A stretch of 64,000 nucleotides of DNA from Octopus sinensis (lineage: Eukaryota), in assembly GCF_006345805.1 (NCBI RefSeq), contig NC_042998.1, positions 24,614,001 to 24,678,000 on the forward strand, in the 5' to 3' direction. The notes below the pieces were generated by a model that had not been told where the DNA came from, did no database searches, and worked only from the letters and a program-made list of their open reading frames with translations. Positions within the stretch are counted from its first letter, which is position 1. Each line of letters starts with the position of its first letter. Positions 1 through 11,870 of the stretch are shown here, piece by piece. Made by a program: the position numbers and the translations under genes.

Positions 1-344
1 TAATGACTTCCCAAACAGACCCATTGGCTGGAGGGTTGTTGCCTAAGTGGTGCAAAGGGGTCATCCACGAGGAGTAGTAGGGAATCACCAACAAATAGGG
101 AATACAGCAGGGGACTGTTACATCACATGACACCCCATCCCATACTACTATTACTACTGAATCCACTATATGGCTTTAAGTGTCCTGGGGCTATTGTAGA
201 AGACTTCTGCCCATGATGCCATGCAGTGGGACAGAACCTGAAACCATGTAGTTGAGAAGTGTCCTCTTCATCCTCACAGCCATGCTGATATTAAATCAAA
301 TCTAAAGCCCCATCTTCCATAAATAAAGAATATTCTTTAATCAT

Positions 345-1110
345 TGCACTACTGGAGAAGATTGGAAGGCATCCTTTCTGTAATATGGACACATTTATCT
401 GTGTTTGTGTTTCCCTCAAATTGCTCACCAGACCATCACAGAATAGTTGCCTTGTTTCATTGCTGGCAGCAATCTTTTCATGTCAAATTCTTGCTCACAA
501 AGTCTCCAGACCCACACTTGACCACTGTCAGAAAATACAGCAAATCTGAACTCATCTGAAAATATGATGGTGTCCCAAAATGCTTGCAGCCACTCTATCA
601 TCTCACTGCCCCAATCTTATCTCCATTTGATATTGGCTGGTTGAAGAAGTGGCTTACTTCTTGCTGCTCTGCCATAGTAGCCAAGTTTGTGGAGACACCT
701 GACAGCTGTTCTGGGACTGACATCAACTTGTTCTGCTATGTCAGAGGACTCGTAACAAGGATTATCCTCCACACTTCACTTAACAAAACAAAGGGTCCAG
801 TCAGAGAGCCCTAGTCAACCTGGGCAAGGTGATGTGGACTCCTTCCCATCTCTGGTGAATTTGCACAATCACTATAAAACTGTAGAAAGCAGGGTCTCAA
901 GGTTTTCTGTGATTTTACACTAAGTCCACCTTCAGATTGACTCACAATATGACCTCTTTGAAATTTAGACAGTTCCAAGGTATCTTTTGTATGTGGCATG
1001 ATTAAACAGTCACAAATAGAGCCTGAAACATAAAAAAATATAAACCTTTTCAAGTTAAAATAAACATAAAGCAATGTTTCATGGGGTGTCTATTTACTTC
1101 TATCATGTAT
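345..1110 (-). pseudogene. Tc1-family transposase relic (frameshifted, 3'-truncated) with putative left terminus
   Basis: Minus strand from ATG at 999: MPHTKDTLELSKFQRGHIV, then after a frameshift VDVSPRTAVRCLHKLGYYGRAARSKPLL...WDTIIFSDEFRF...GQVWVWR...KQGNYSVMVW. These are Tc1 HTH and first catalytic-Asp motifs. A TIR-like end (agtaaatagacacccc on minus) lies near 1075-1110. Confidence 0.85.
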
Positions 1111-1127
1111 GCGTACATGATAGGATT

Positions 1128-1275
1128 CTTTCAGTATGCGTTACCAAATCCACGCACAAGGCTTTGGTTGACCTGAGGCTATAGTAGAAGACACTTGTCC
1201 AAGGTGCTGCACAGTGGGACTGAACCTTGAACCATGTAATTGGAAGCAAACGTCTTACCACACAGCCACCTGCAC
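1128..1275 (-). mobile_element. SINE family A (tRNA head + CORE-like), 5' half only
   Basis: Matches the head and the ccttgggcaagtgtcttc block of the full-length copies in this window. Confidence 0.8.
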
Positions 1276-1761
1276 TTATCATAAATTACATCAAAATATT
1301 TAATTTAATCATTTAAGTTAATTGGAATCCACTGCCTGGTTTCTCATCACCACCTTGATCCCAACCCTAACCCTAGCCCTAATCCTTTAGCAAAGTCCTC
1401 TCTGTTGCAAGCATTCACACCAGGTCCCCAGTGTGACCTTCCTTCTTCCCCAGACGCAAACATAATGCAAAGGTCACAGGTATTTTTACGACAATAAAAA
1501 AACGTTGTAAGGACTTCTGTAATTACTTGTTTTCAAATGTAATGAAAATTTGAAGTTTAATACATCTTATGACAGATTTTGAAAATGACAGCTAATTTGC
1601 TGTAGAAATAATGGATTTAAATATATTCTTTTGTAGTTTTGTTTCACTTATAAATTTCATTATTTATTTTATTTTTACTGAAGCCTTGATGAGGAACTGT
1701 CTTTAAGGGTTTTAGTTAATTATTTCAATTCATTATACTGATCTTAATATTTTGTCTGTTA

Positions 1762-1980
1762 TAAGGCAGCAAGCTGGCAGAACCCATTACACACCAAGCA
1801 AAATGCTTAGAAGTGTTCACTCCATCTTTACATTCTGAGCTCAAATTCTGCCATGGTCGACTTTAGCTTTCATCCATAGAGGGGTCAATAAAGTAAGTAC
1901 CAGTTGACCACCAGAGCTGGTGCAATCAACTTACTCCACCCACAAAATTTCTCGCCATCTACCAAAATTTGAAGCCAATA
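1762..1980 (+). mobile_element. SINE family B, diverged copy
   Basis: ggcagcaagctggcagaa head and gagctcaaattctgcc...ctttagctttcatcc...agtacc central block, shared with other family B copies. Confidence 0.75.
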
Positions 1981-2003
1981 TTTTTGTCAGGTACAATTTC
2001 TCT

Positions 2004-2416
2004 ATACTCTTTTACTCTTTTACTTGTCTCGGTCGTTTGACTGTGGCCATGCTGGAGCACCGCTTTTAGTCGAGCAAATCGACCCCAGGACTTATTCTTT
2101 GTAAGCCTAGTACTTATTCTATCGGTCTCTTCTGACGAACCGCTAAATTACGGGGACGTAAACACACCAGCATCGGTTGTCAAGCGATGTTGGAGGGGAG
2201 GGGCAAACACAGATACACAAACACACACAAACATATATACATGAACATATACATATATACAACGGGCTTCTTTCAGTTTCCGTCCACCAAATCCACTTTG
2301 GTCAGCCCGAGGCTATAGTAGAAGACACTTGCCCAAGGTGCCACGCAGTGTGACTGAACCCGGAACCATGTGATTGGTAAGCAAGCTACTTACCACACAG
2401 CCACTCCTGCACCTAT
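2004..2416 (-). mobile_element. SINE family A, full length (tRNA-derived, CORE-like; OR2-like by recollection)
   Basis: Head with A/B-box-like motifs (tggctgtgtgg...ggttcagtc), CCTTGGGCAAGT core resembling the MIR CORE, internal (TA/CA)n, and 3' (aaaagagt)n tail. More than 20 related copies occur in the window. Confidence 0.9.
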
Positions 2417-2681
2417 ATTAATTTTTCAATGGAAAAATCACTTCACAAAATGGTGGTCTTCTACTCAGAAAAAAACATCAATATCTGATGTACTCTAGAG
2501 TTAATCTCCATGTGGCCAGGTATCATTTCTCACTAAAACCCTAAAGCTGATTATGGTTAATAACAGCAGCAAATAACTTTTAGCATTTCGTTCTTGACTC
2601 AGAATGAGATATCTGTCTTTCTCACTGTTAATATAATACTCTTTGTATGTGGGTCTATATGTGTATATAAATATATATATA

Positions 2682-2835
2682 TAGGTGCAGGCATAGCTGT
2701 GTGGTAAAAAGCTTGCTTTCTAACCACATGGCTCTGGGTTCAGTCCTACTGTAGGACATCTTAGGTAAGTGTCTTATGACCAAAATCTTTTGAGTGGATT
2801 TAGCAAACAGAAACTGAAAGAAGCCTGCCATATAC
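2682..2835 (+). mobile_element. SINE family A, 5' half
   Basis: Head through ggaaactgaaagaagcc, ending in (TA)n. Confidence 0.8.
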
Positions 2836-2837
2836 AC

Positions 2838-2884
<47 letters not shown>

Positions 2885-3430
2885 ATATATAAATTAATTT
2901 ATTCCTTCTGTTTTGCATATGCGAATTACAGGGATATGTTGTATGTGGAGTCCCATTTGTAGAAAATATAAATAAACAGTCTATGGCTGCTATTTCTAAT
3001 TTTTTCAGTATGTGGCCAAGCAACCTGTTGCCTGCCCCTTTTATTTATATACAACATATATATATATATACTGAACTTTACAGAAGTTCCTACCATTAAT
3101 GGTTATATTTACATGCCAAAATCTACCAGTAAATAATTGTTGGTTTTTTTAAAAACCATTAAAAAAATTATTTACTCTTATTATTATATATATATATATA
3201 TATGTATATTATAATTAAGGGTATCTAAGAGATATCCCCATGCTAGAGATAGCAGTCAAAACTTGAGTCTAAAACCACTTCATGTTCATACAACACAAGG
3301 TGAAAAGAGAAATAGATAAATAAACTAACAAAAAATTATTGGATAATTCCAGATCCAGATTTCTGATTCTGTATAAAAATATACTCTGCCTCATCGGTGG
3401 GATACACATAAATAGTACATAATTACAATA

Positions 3431-3470
<40 letters not shown>

Positions 3471-3563
3471 ACATAGGAATACTTACATACACGGACATGT
3501 ACATACATATATATGTACGTATAATTGGTATTTTAAATAATGATCTTATCCTTATTTATATAA

Positions 3564-3649
<86 letters not shown>

Positions 3650-3654
<5 letters not shown>

Positions 3655-3860
3655 TAATCCAAACAAGAAAACAAAAAGACAACAACGCAAGGACGTGGAA
3701 GAAATAAAGTATTATTGGACGCTCAGGAAAGAAGGGACGTTTCGAGCGGAGCTCTTCGTCGGAAACATAGGAGAAGGAAAGATCCCGAGAAGGGAAGACA
3801 GAGGAAAAAAAATCGCTAGTGATACAGACGAGGTCAGATACTAAAAGACGGAAGTGGTAT
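3650..3860 (-). mobile_element. Penelope-like terminal-repeat fragment (family P1)
   Basis: Related to 53600-53770. Contains cgacgaagagctccgctcgaaacgt, the degenerate hammerhead signature typical of PLE terminal repeats. Confidence 0.6.
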
Positions 3861-4540
3861 ATATATATATATATATATATATACACAACATAGGAATACT
3901 TACATACACGGACATGTACATACATATGTATGTACGTATAATTGGTATAAGAATAAATACTATGTTAGAGAAAAAGAGAAAAAAAAGAGTACTTTAGTTG
4001 AGTAGTTGATTCATTTGATTAAAATTTCTTCAAGGCAGTGCACCAGCATGGTCACAGTCTAATGACTACAACAAATAAAAGATCAATATAACAAAACAAA
4101 AGAGACAAACAAAAAAACTCATGACTTGAATGATTTTCAAGAACGTTCTGCTCCTTCAGGTCTGACCTGGGGTTAAGCAACAGCAAAAATATTGATGACG
4201 AGGAAGAATCATAAATCACTTCTATTGCTCTTTTTGCCAATATGGCAGTCATATCAACAGACCTCTGTTTAGTGGTATAAAAAATTTCACTTATATGAAA
4301 CCTACCATTTCTAGAGAATGTTCTAAGATATATCTCCTTAAGAAATTGGGTCAGACTAAAATCTCCTTTTAATCAGGATAGAATGTTACTTAAAGATTTA
4401 ATGACCACTTCTTTGAATATTTAGTCATTTTCATTATTTTTTCATTATTTACGGACATTTACATTATTGCTAGAGTAATAATTTATTATTATTATTATTA
4501 TCATCATTATTATTACTACTAAATTTTATTACTCCAACTG

Positions 4541-4663
4541 AAGGTGGCAAACTGACAGAATCATTAGCATGCCAGGTGAAATGCTTAGCAGTATTTTGTC
4601 TACCATTAGGTTCTGAGTTCAAATTCCACTGAGGTCGACTTTGCTTTCCATCCTTTCGGGGTT
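4541..4663 (+). mobile_element. SINE family B, 5' part, truncated by a family A insertion
   Basis: Head and gagttcaaattcc...gtcgactttgc block; stops abruptly at the family A tail. Confidence 0.8.
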
Positions 4664-4877
4664 CTCTCTTACTTGTTTCAGTCATTTGACTGTGGCCATG
4701 CTGGAGCACCACCTTTAGTCGAGCACATCGACCCCAGGACTTATTCTTTGTAAGTCTAGTACTTATTCTATCAGTCTCTTTTGCCGAACCACCAAGTTAC
4801 GGGGATGTAAACACTTCAGCATTGGTTGTCAAGTGTTGTTGGGGGGACAAACACAGACACATAAACATATACACACC

Positions 4878-5039
4878 ATGATAGATCGTTAGCCACTACA
4901 CACATTTTTTTCTCTCCTTGTTTTTTCTGTGTCCCTTTCTGTAGAAGAGCATTGGCTCGAAACGTAAAAGACTTTTTCTATTCCTGTTTGTTTTGTACAC
5001 CGCCTGTCTTTGTCTATTGTTTATTTCATAAACTCTCCC

Positions 5040-5040
<1 letters not shown>
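4878..5040 (+). mobile_element. Penelope-like terminal-repeat fragment (family P2) nested in a SINE
   Basis: Contains ctttctgtagaagagcattggctcgaaacgtaaaag, a hammerhead-like core. Confidence 0.6.
4935..4970 (+). ncRNA. Minimal type I hammerhead-ribozyme-like motif (one core substitution)
   Basis: CTTT-CTGTAGA-A-GAGC-ATTG-GCTC-GAAA-CGT-A-AAAG. Stems I and II pair, and stem III is the palindromic ACGT. The core reads CUGUAGA instead of CUGANGA. Confidence 0.55.
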
Positions 5041-5081
<41 letters not shown>

Positions 5082-6193
5082 ATATATATATACATATATA
5101 TATACATATATAACATATATACGATGGGCTTCTTTCAGTTTCCATCTCCCAAATCCACTCACAAGACTTTGGTCGGCCCGAGGCTATAGTAGAAGACACT
5201 TGCCCAAGGTGCCACACAGTGGGACCGAACCCGGAACCATGTAGTTCGTAAGCAAGCTACTTACCACACAGCCACTCCTATGCCTATTCAATTATAATGG
5301 AATTTATTAACAACAAAACTGTGCATTTATCTCCATTTGTTTTCAGTTACAGACAATGGCAAATTATTGTCCAGTAACATGACAATTTTCTTCCTACAGG
5401 CAAGGAACACCATGCAACCTGATTCTGTCTGCTTTGATGAAAATCAGCAAATACTTCCACTTGAAAATTGTAAACCAAGGTACCAAGATATTTCCTAGGC
5501 AAATATCCAGATTCACAATGCACAAAAAAAAAAAATTGTATGAAAGTATGGTAGAGCTGATAGGAAACAATTATCTTTCCCAAAATTTTCAATACAAAAC
5601 TAATGATGGGTTTTAATTTTTAGCTGTCAAAACATAACAGCTTCCAAAATTTTTATGATGATTTAGAATTATGTATTGTAGATTTCCTGATAACTTAATT
5701 AAATTTTTCAGTTTGCATATTTTATGAACAAATCACATGCTAACTTTAAGGCATTATTGTTGTTTCTTCTTCTTCTTCTTCTTCTTCACCCGTCCCCCTC
5801 CTCCCCCCTCCCCCTCCCATTTCTCTCCTACTCTTCCTCCCTCTCTTTCTCTTTCTTGCATCAAAATCCTCCTCCTCCTCATCATCATTGTCGTCGTCAT
5901 ACTTTTACTTCTCCGAAAGGATTTTTTAACTTAATATTTTTATGTTATCATTTATAGCTTATCTGCTTCAAGATCCAATGTCCCCCCAAAAAACATTATT
6001 ATTGTGCTCTTGATGTTTATTATTTCTTCTCTCTCACACACAAACACTCTCTCTCTCTATTTATATATGTGTATGCGTATGTGTGTTTGTGAATGTGTTT
6101 ATGCATGTGTGTGTATATACATACATACATACAGACATATATATATATGAATATATATCATCATCATCATCATGTATATATGTATATATATCC

Positions 6194-6399
6194 TTATTCT
6201 TTTACTTGTTTCAGTCATTTGACTGCAGCCATGCTGGAGCACCGCCTTTAGTCAAATAAATTGATCCCAGGACTTATTCTTTGTAAGCCTAGTACTTATT
6301 CCATCAGACTCTTTTGCTGAACTGCTAAGTTATGGGGGATGTAAACACACCAGCATCGTTTATCAAGCGATGGTGGGAGGACAAGTACAGACACATAAA

Positions 6400-6435
<36 letters not shown>

Positions 6436-6673
6436 TATACATGTGTGTGTGTCTGTGCATGTGTGTGTGTGTGTGTAAGTTTAAAATATCTGAAAATGCA
6501 GGAGTCTTTTAAAAGTATTTATTAACTTAATTGGTTTCACTTATTTAAAAAGATTCTCAAAAGTAAATTGTAAGGCTTTGTGTATTCTCTGTGATGAGTC
6601 AGAAAATAGTTTACATAAAAACATTCAGATCAGGTAATAAAATTTGTTTATAACACACAACTTCACTTTGTTT

Positions 6674-6704
<31 letters not shown>

Positions 6705-6863
6705 GTATATATATATACACAACAGGCTCCTTTCAGTTTCTGTCAACCAAATCCACTCACAAGACTTTGGTCAGCCTGAGGCTATAGTAGAAGACACTTA
6801 CCCAAGGTGCCATGCAGTGGGACTGAACCCAGAACCATGTGGCTGGTAAGCAAGCTACTTACC
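6194..6863 (-). mobile_element. SINE family A, split at its internal microsatellite
   Basis: 3' half at 6194-6400 and head half at 6720-6863, separated by microsatellite and ~200 bp of unrelated sequence. Confidence 0.8.
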
Positions 6864-7021
6864 TCACCTTGATAGAAAATTCAACAAAAAGGTTCTCCAG
6901 CTGGTGACAGATAAATATTATTTATTTAAAGGTCATAATACATGTGTTTGCGTCTGAAGAATATGTTTGAGTTTTCTCAACATATGAAACTATTAGTATC
7001 GCTTTAATACATGCATTAAAC

Positions 7022-7077
<56 letters not shown>

Positions 7078-7518
7078 CAAAGGAATTCCAACTCTGTCTG
7101 CTTTTTATGTTTTATTTATATTCTTTATAATATTAATGTAGAATATAGAATATATAGTAAAATGAAATGAAGTATTGATTGTCTTATTGAATAGATGAAA
7201 TATTGAACATCAAATATTAAGGGACTAGTATACTTTCTTGCATTTAAGCAGTCTTCAAGGTCCCAGATTGTGACAGGAATGTTTCAACTGTGCTTGACTG
7301 GCTGTCTTTTGTTCTTTATATATGTTCCTGTGGACAGCAGCAGTAGTTGCTTGGCTATTTTTAGAGATGATACCAAACCATTTTTCAATGTTTATTTTAA
7401 GAAATGATGCCAACAGTACTTTTTAGAGATTTTTTGCGTTTTAGTTATAGGGATAAGACTTTTAAACCCCAAATAAGATTAACTTAATCATTGTTTGTTA
7501 AGCTTGGGTTTATATATA

Positions 7519-7880
7519 TATCATCATCATCATCATCATCATCGTTTAGCGTCCGCTTTCCATGCTAGCATGGGTTGGACGGTTCAACTGGGGTCTGGGA
7601 AGCCAGAAGGCTGCACCAGGCCCAGTTTGATCTGGCAATGTTTCTACGGCTGGATGCCCTTCCTAATGCCAACAACTCCATGAGTGTTGGGTGCTTTTTA
7701 CGTGCCAGACGAGTCTGGCAAATGGCCACGATCAGATGGTGCTTTTTACGTGCCACCGGCACGGGGGCCAGACGAGGCTGGCAACAGCCACGAACGGATG
7801 GTGCTTTTTACGTGCCACCGGCATGAGGCCAGTCGGGGCAGCACTGGCAACGGCCATGAATGGATGGTGCTTTTTACGTG
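7519..7880 (-). mobile_element. Orphan RTE 3'-UTR/tail copy
   Basis: Matches 23750-24035 of the LINE (gtgccggtggcacgtaaaaagcacc subrepeats, aggaagggcatccagc, (gat)n end). Confidence 0.85.
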
Positions 7881-9214
7881 GTCTGTGTACCAGGCTTTGT
7901 ACAGTTTCTATGTACCAAACTGAACCGTGAAAGGTGGTAAGCAGTGGAATCAAGCCTAAAACTTCATGGTTGCCATACAGATTCTTTAACCTCATAGCGA
8001 TATCTTTGCTGATATAGCTTGTATGGTGTGCAATTAGAAAACCTACTGAGGGTGACATCTGCATGGAGAAAATATTGTTTTTGTACAGATGACTATTTAT
8101 AGATTGCAATATTGTTCTAAAACTGCAATCTAAGAAGTGGAACCTGGCTTTTGAAAGAAACTAAGTTATTATTTTATAACTGTCACTTATGGTAAGATAT
8201 ATTATTTTTAAACCTTTCTCTTCTGTGCCTTCATATAGAGAAAAACTGGAAATATGAAACAAATATAACAACAGAGAAAGGAAAAGACAGTAGTGTGTTT
8301 CAGAAATATCTTTTATTGACACATAGATTTGCAAATATGGTGAAGAGAAGAATAAACAAAAATTATTTCTATACAAATAATGACAGGAGTTATTGATGAC
8401 TGATTTTAATAATAAAAAAAAGCAAAATATGTTCCTAAGTGATTAACTGACAAACAAATTTGATAAAAATCTGAATTTGATCAGAAAGGTTTTATATTAT
8501 GCTCTCCATTACAAATTTAATTAATTAACATCCCCTAATTTATTTTCAATATTGATTATTTTATTTTATTATCTTATTCTTTATTGACTCTAATTTGTTT
8601 TCTATTTGGTTTTATATATTTTTTTACTCTTATATTTCACTTTTATTACTTTCTCCTACCTTCCTGCCTAAATCCTTATTATGCTCAATAAAATCAATTT
8701 GCAGAAATTATTATCCATATTTGGTTAATATTTCTCTGGTTTTTACTTAATTTTCTGATAGTTATTGCGATTGTTTTCCTTCAGTGCTTTGTTTAATCTC
8801 TTCCTTGTCTCTGGTAATAATTCTCTTTAGTTGGTTTGCAAACAGCTTATGAAACTATACAATGATTGCCTCTTCATATTTTATCAATGTAAATATACCA
8901 AAATATTTGATATTGATTATTGTAAGTTGAGTAATGTTTCTTGCGAGAAATATTTCTCTTGATTCAGAAATAAATGCATGCTTAAGGTTATATCTACCTT
9001 TCATTTTTGGAATTCCTTAATCAAGATATTTTGTTGGTATTATATAAGTTCTAGTTCCACTTGTAAAGGCTTAGCACTTTGGTTTTGGTGATGTTTCGAC
9101 ACTGTTCATTTACCCATTTTTTCCCTCCCAATTATAAATGGGTATTATCATCAACATGATTTTTCATATTCTACTTCTCGTTAGCATCAGCATCATCATC
9201 TACATCATCATCTT

Positions 9215-9804
9215 TAAAGTGATAGTATGTTGTCAACTTAATGTGACAGTCCCATGAAAGGGAAGAATACTACTGTTATTTAGCCCTAGGAAACACCATT
9301 TCCTGTTGGACTTGACACATTTCCTGTGTTTTAGGGCGGCGAGCTGGCAGAAACGCTAGCGCCGGGCGAAATGCTTAGCGGTATTTCGTCTGCTGCTACG
9401 TTCTGAGTTCAAATTTGGGGTCGATAAATTAAGTACCAGTTACACACTGGGGTCGATATAATTGACTTAATTTGTTTGTCTATCCTTGTTTGTCCCCTCT
9501 GTGTGTAGCCCCTTGTGGGAAGTTAAGAAATAACATTTCCTCTGTCCTTATGTTTTCAAAGGCAAATAAGCATCGACAGCTAGCAAGCCATGCTACTCCA
9601 GACTGATGATGAGCAATGCATATGAAACTAGTCTCTGGATGCTGGCTTTGCTAGATGGAGGAGCTTGTCTCCACTTTGAAAACATAAGGACACAGGAAAT
9701 GTGTCAAGTCCAACAGGGAACAGTGTTTCCTAGGACTAAATAACAGTAGCATTCTTCCCTTTCATGGGACTGTCACATTAAGTTAACAGCATGCTATCAC
9801 TTTA
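9215..9804. mobile_element. Foldback/MITE with ~135-bp inverted arms and TA ends, interrupted by a SINE
   Basis: taaagtgatagtatgttg...ttgacacatttcctgtg is the reverse complement of cacaggaaatgtgtcaag...cagcatgctatcacttta. Confidence 0.8.
9334..9531 (+). mobile_element. SINE family B (internally deleted) inserted in the MITE arm
   Basis: Family B head and tail; 13-bp target duplication acatttcctgtgt/acatttcctctgt. Confidence 0.85.
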
Positions 9805-9869
9805 TTGTGCTGCAAATACATAAATCTCTCTAAATCAGAGATTTAGAAATGTATTATTTCTATTTCCAA

Positions 9870-10478
9870 AAATCATCATCTTCGTCAGCATTGTCAACAT
9901 TGCAGCTGTTGTTGTTGTTGTCATCATCTGTATCACTCACTACCTTCACCATTACCACTGTCATTCATCATTATCGTTGTTGTTGTCATCACTGTTGTCA
10001 TCGCCATCATAACCATCATCATGGTCATCGTGCTCATCGTCGCCATCATTATCATCATCTCCACCACCACCACCACCACCACCACCACCACCACACCACC
10101 ACCACCACCACCACCCTCACCTCGTCTCCCCGCCTCCTTATAATCATCGTTGTCATCATTGTCATCAATATCATCGTCACCACCACCACCACCACCATCA
10201 CCACCCTCCCCTCGTCTCTCTCCCCTCCTCCTTATCATCGTCGTTGTCATCATTCTCATCGTCATCACCACCACCATCGCCACCCTCCCCTCGTCTCCCC
10301 TCCTTCTTATCATCGCCATTGCCATCGTTCTCATCATCATCATCACCCTCCCCTCGTCTCTCTCTCCCCTCTCCTTAACATCGTCGTTGTCATCACTGTC
10401 ATCGATGTCGGCGTCATCACCACAACCACCACCACCACCACCACCACTACCACCCACCACCATCATCATCATCATCAT
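9870..10478. repeat. Compound (CAT/CAC/CGT)n triplet repeat with a higher-order unit
   Basis: Low-complexity tract with a recurring caccctcccctcgtctc motif. Confidence 0.9.
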
Positions 10479-11870
10479 GAAAATTGGAGTCTGAACAATT
10501 CTTAAAATGTAATGCTACCCACTTTTTCTTTGATCTCCAGCTATTCATTTGATATTTCGAAGTAATATTGGATTCTATGAAAAGAAAAGGAAAACATTGG
10601 TAAATATTTCCTACAAGAATCAAACAACAATGAAATAACATCACATTAAAAGTTAAGGTAAAATGTAATTGGATTCTTTTGATATGTATAAATATCTTTT
10701 GATTATTTATGAAACAGCAGCTGAGTCTATCATTAGCATTAATTTGTTTGAAAACCCTGCGTTTTCTTCTCTCACACAATTGATATACCGTTAGTAATTA
10801 TGTATGTATTATAGTGAAAACAGTGTTAGCTGCCTCGAAGCCAAATCAATTTACACCTAATGGAAATATATAAGATAATTTGATAAATATGGGTTCATAT
10901 GTGACATGAGACAATGAGTTCTTAAATTTTGGTTTCAATTTAAAGATTACACAGTTTACAATACAAAGTGGAATTTCTATATACTGAGTAAATATGAGAA
11001 GTGAATAAAGATAAAATTGGTGTATGGATAATAGATGTTTTTGATTGGCTAGCAACCATGTTAGACAATGAAGTACTAAAACATGATAATAAAATATCGT
11101 AACAAATAATTGAAGCAAATATAATTTCTTAATATCATTTCAGAGAGAATTTGCTTCTTGGAAAATAGATAATAATTACTTTATAAATCATTAATTTTTT
11201 TTTTACCTTTTGTGAACTAGATATTCTTCTATTTACCTATTTTATTTCCACTTCTTTTAACAGAAGTCACATTAAAAACTTCAAACAAAATTTCTTATTT
11301 GCTACAGTTAATTCGTGGTTTAGATTGTGACACAATGACAGACTGTTTCGGAAAAATCTGCCAATAAAGACATGATAATGATGACGAAGATGAAATGTCT
11401 GCTTTGAATTTACCAAACAAAACATTTATTTCAATAAGCTTTTGTTTTGAATGAAATATCAACACTTTTAAAAGATTATATGTTGTTGCTGTTGGAAAGT
11501 AAAGTCCTAGTTGCTTCTGCTTCATCCAACACATAAAAGATAGCAACCAAACATTTGAGAGTAATTCCCAGATTCAGCACCCTAAATATGTCAGAGACAT
11601 CCACTTTGCCTTTGTAAATCACATCAAAGAATATGATTGCAATATAAGCACAATGTTGCATCTACAGTATTTGTATGACAAGTTTATATTAAGCAGCTTC
11701 TAACCATAACTAGTTTTTAATATTTTCAATTATTTCTTTAAAGTGAATCATAGTTTGAACTTCTTAATTTTTCACATGTAGTTGTCAATGTTATTTTATA
11801 AAGATAAGGTTTCTTAAGTCAGTGGATGGTTGGTCTTCTACCTGATTTTATAGATTTCATACCATATATA

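Larger units (their letters stand above)
4664..5285 (-). mobile_element. SINE family A, full length, with a nested insertion in its internal microsatellite
   Basis: Both halves match the consensus; an extra ~165 bp lies at 4878-5040. Confidence 0.9.

Noticed and set aside
1361-1385. Telomere-like ccctaa repeats
   Set aside because: Only three to four degenerate units; too short to call an interstitial telomere.
8833-8923. + strand exon candidate LVCKQLMKLYNDCLFIFYQCKYTKIFDIDY with a gtaagt donor
   Set aside because: The opposite strand (8400-9100) has a longer relic-like frame, weakly PLE N-terminal-like (INLSD), so the open frame may be an antisense shadow. Neither reading is supportable.
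9849-10505. ORFs of 218, 181 and 114 aa rich in His/Thr/Ile/Asp
   Set aside because: They are translations of a CAT/CAC triplet repeat, open on both strands because the repeat lacks stops.
11250-11700. Coding-like frames on both strands
   Set aside because: Multiple stops, no recognisable motif, and no coherent splice pair.
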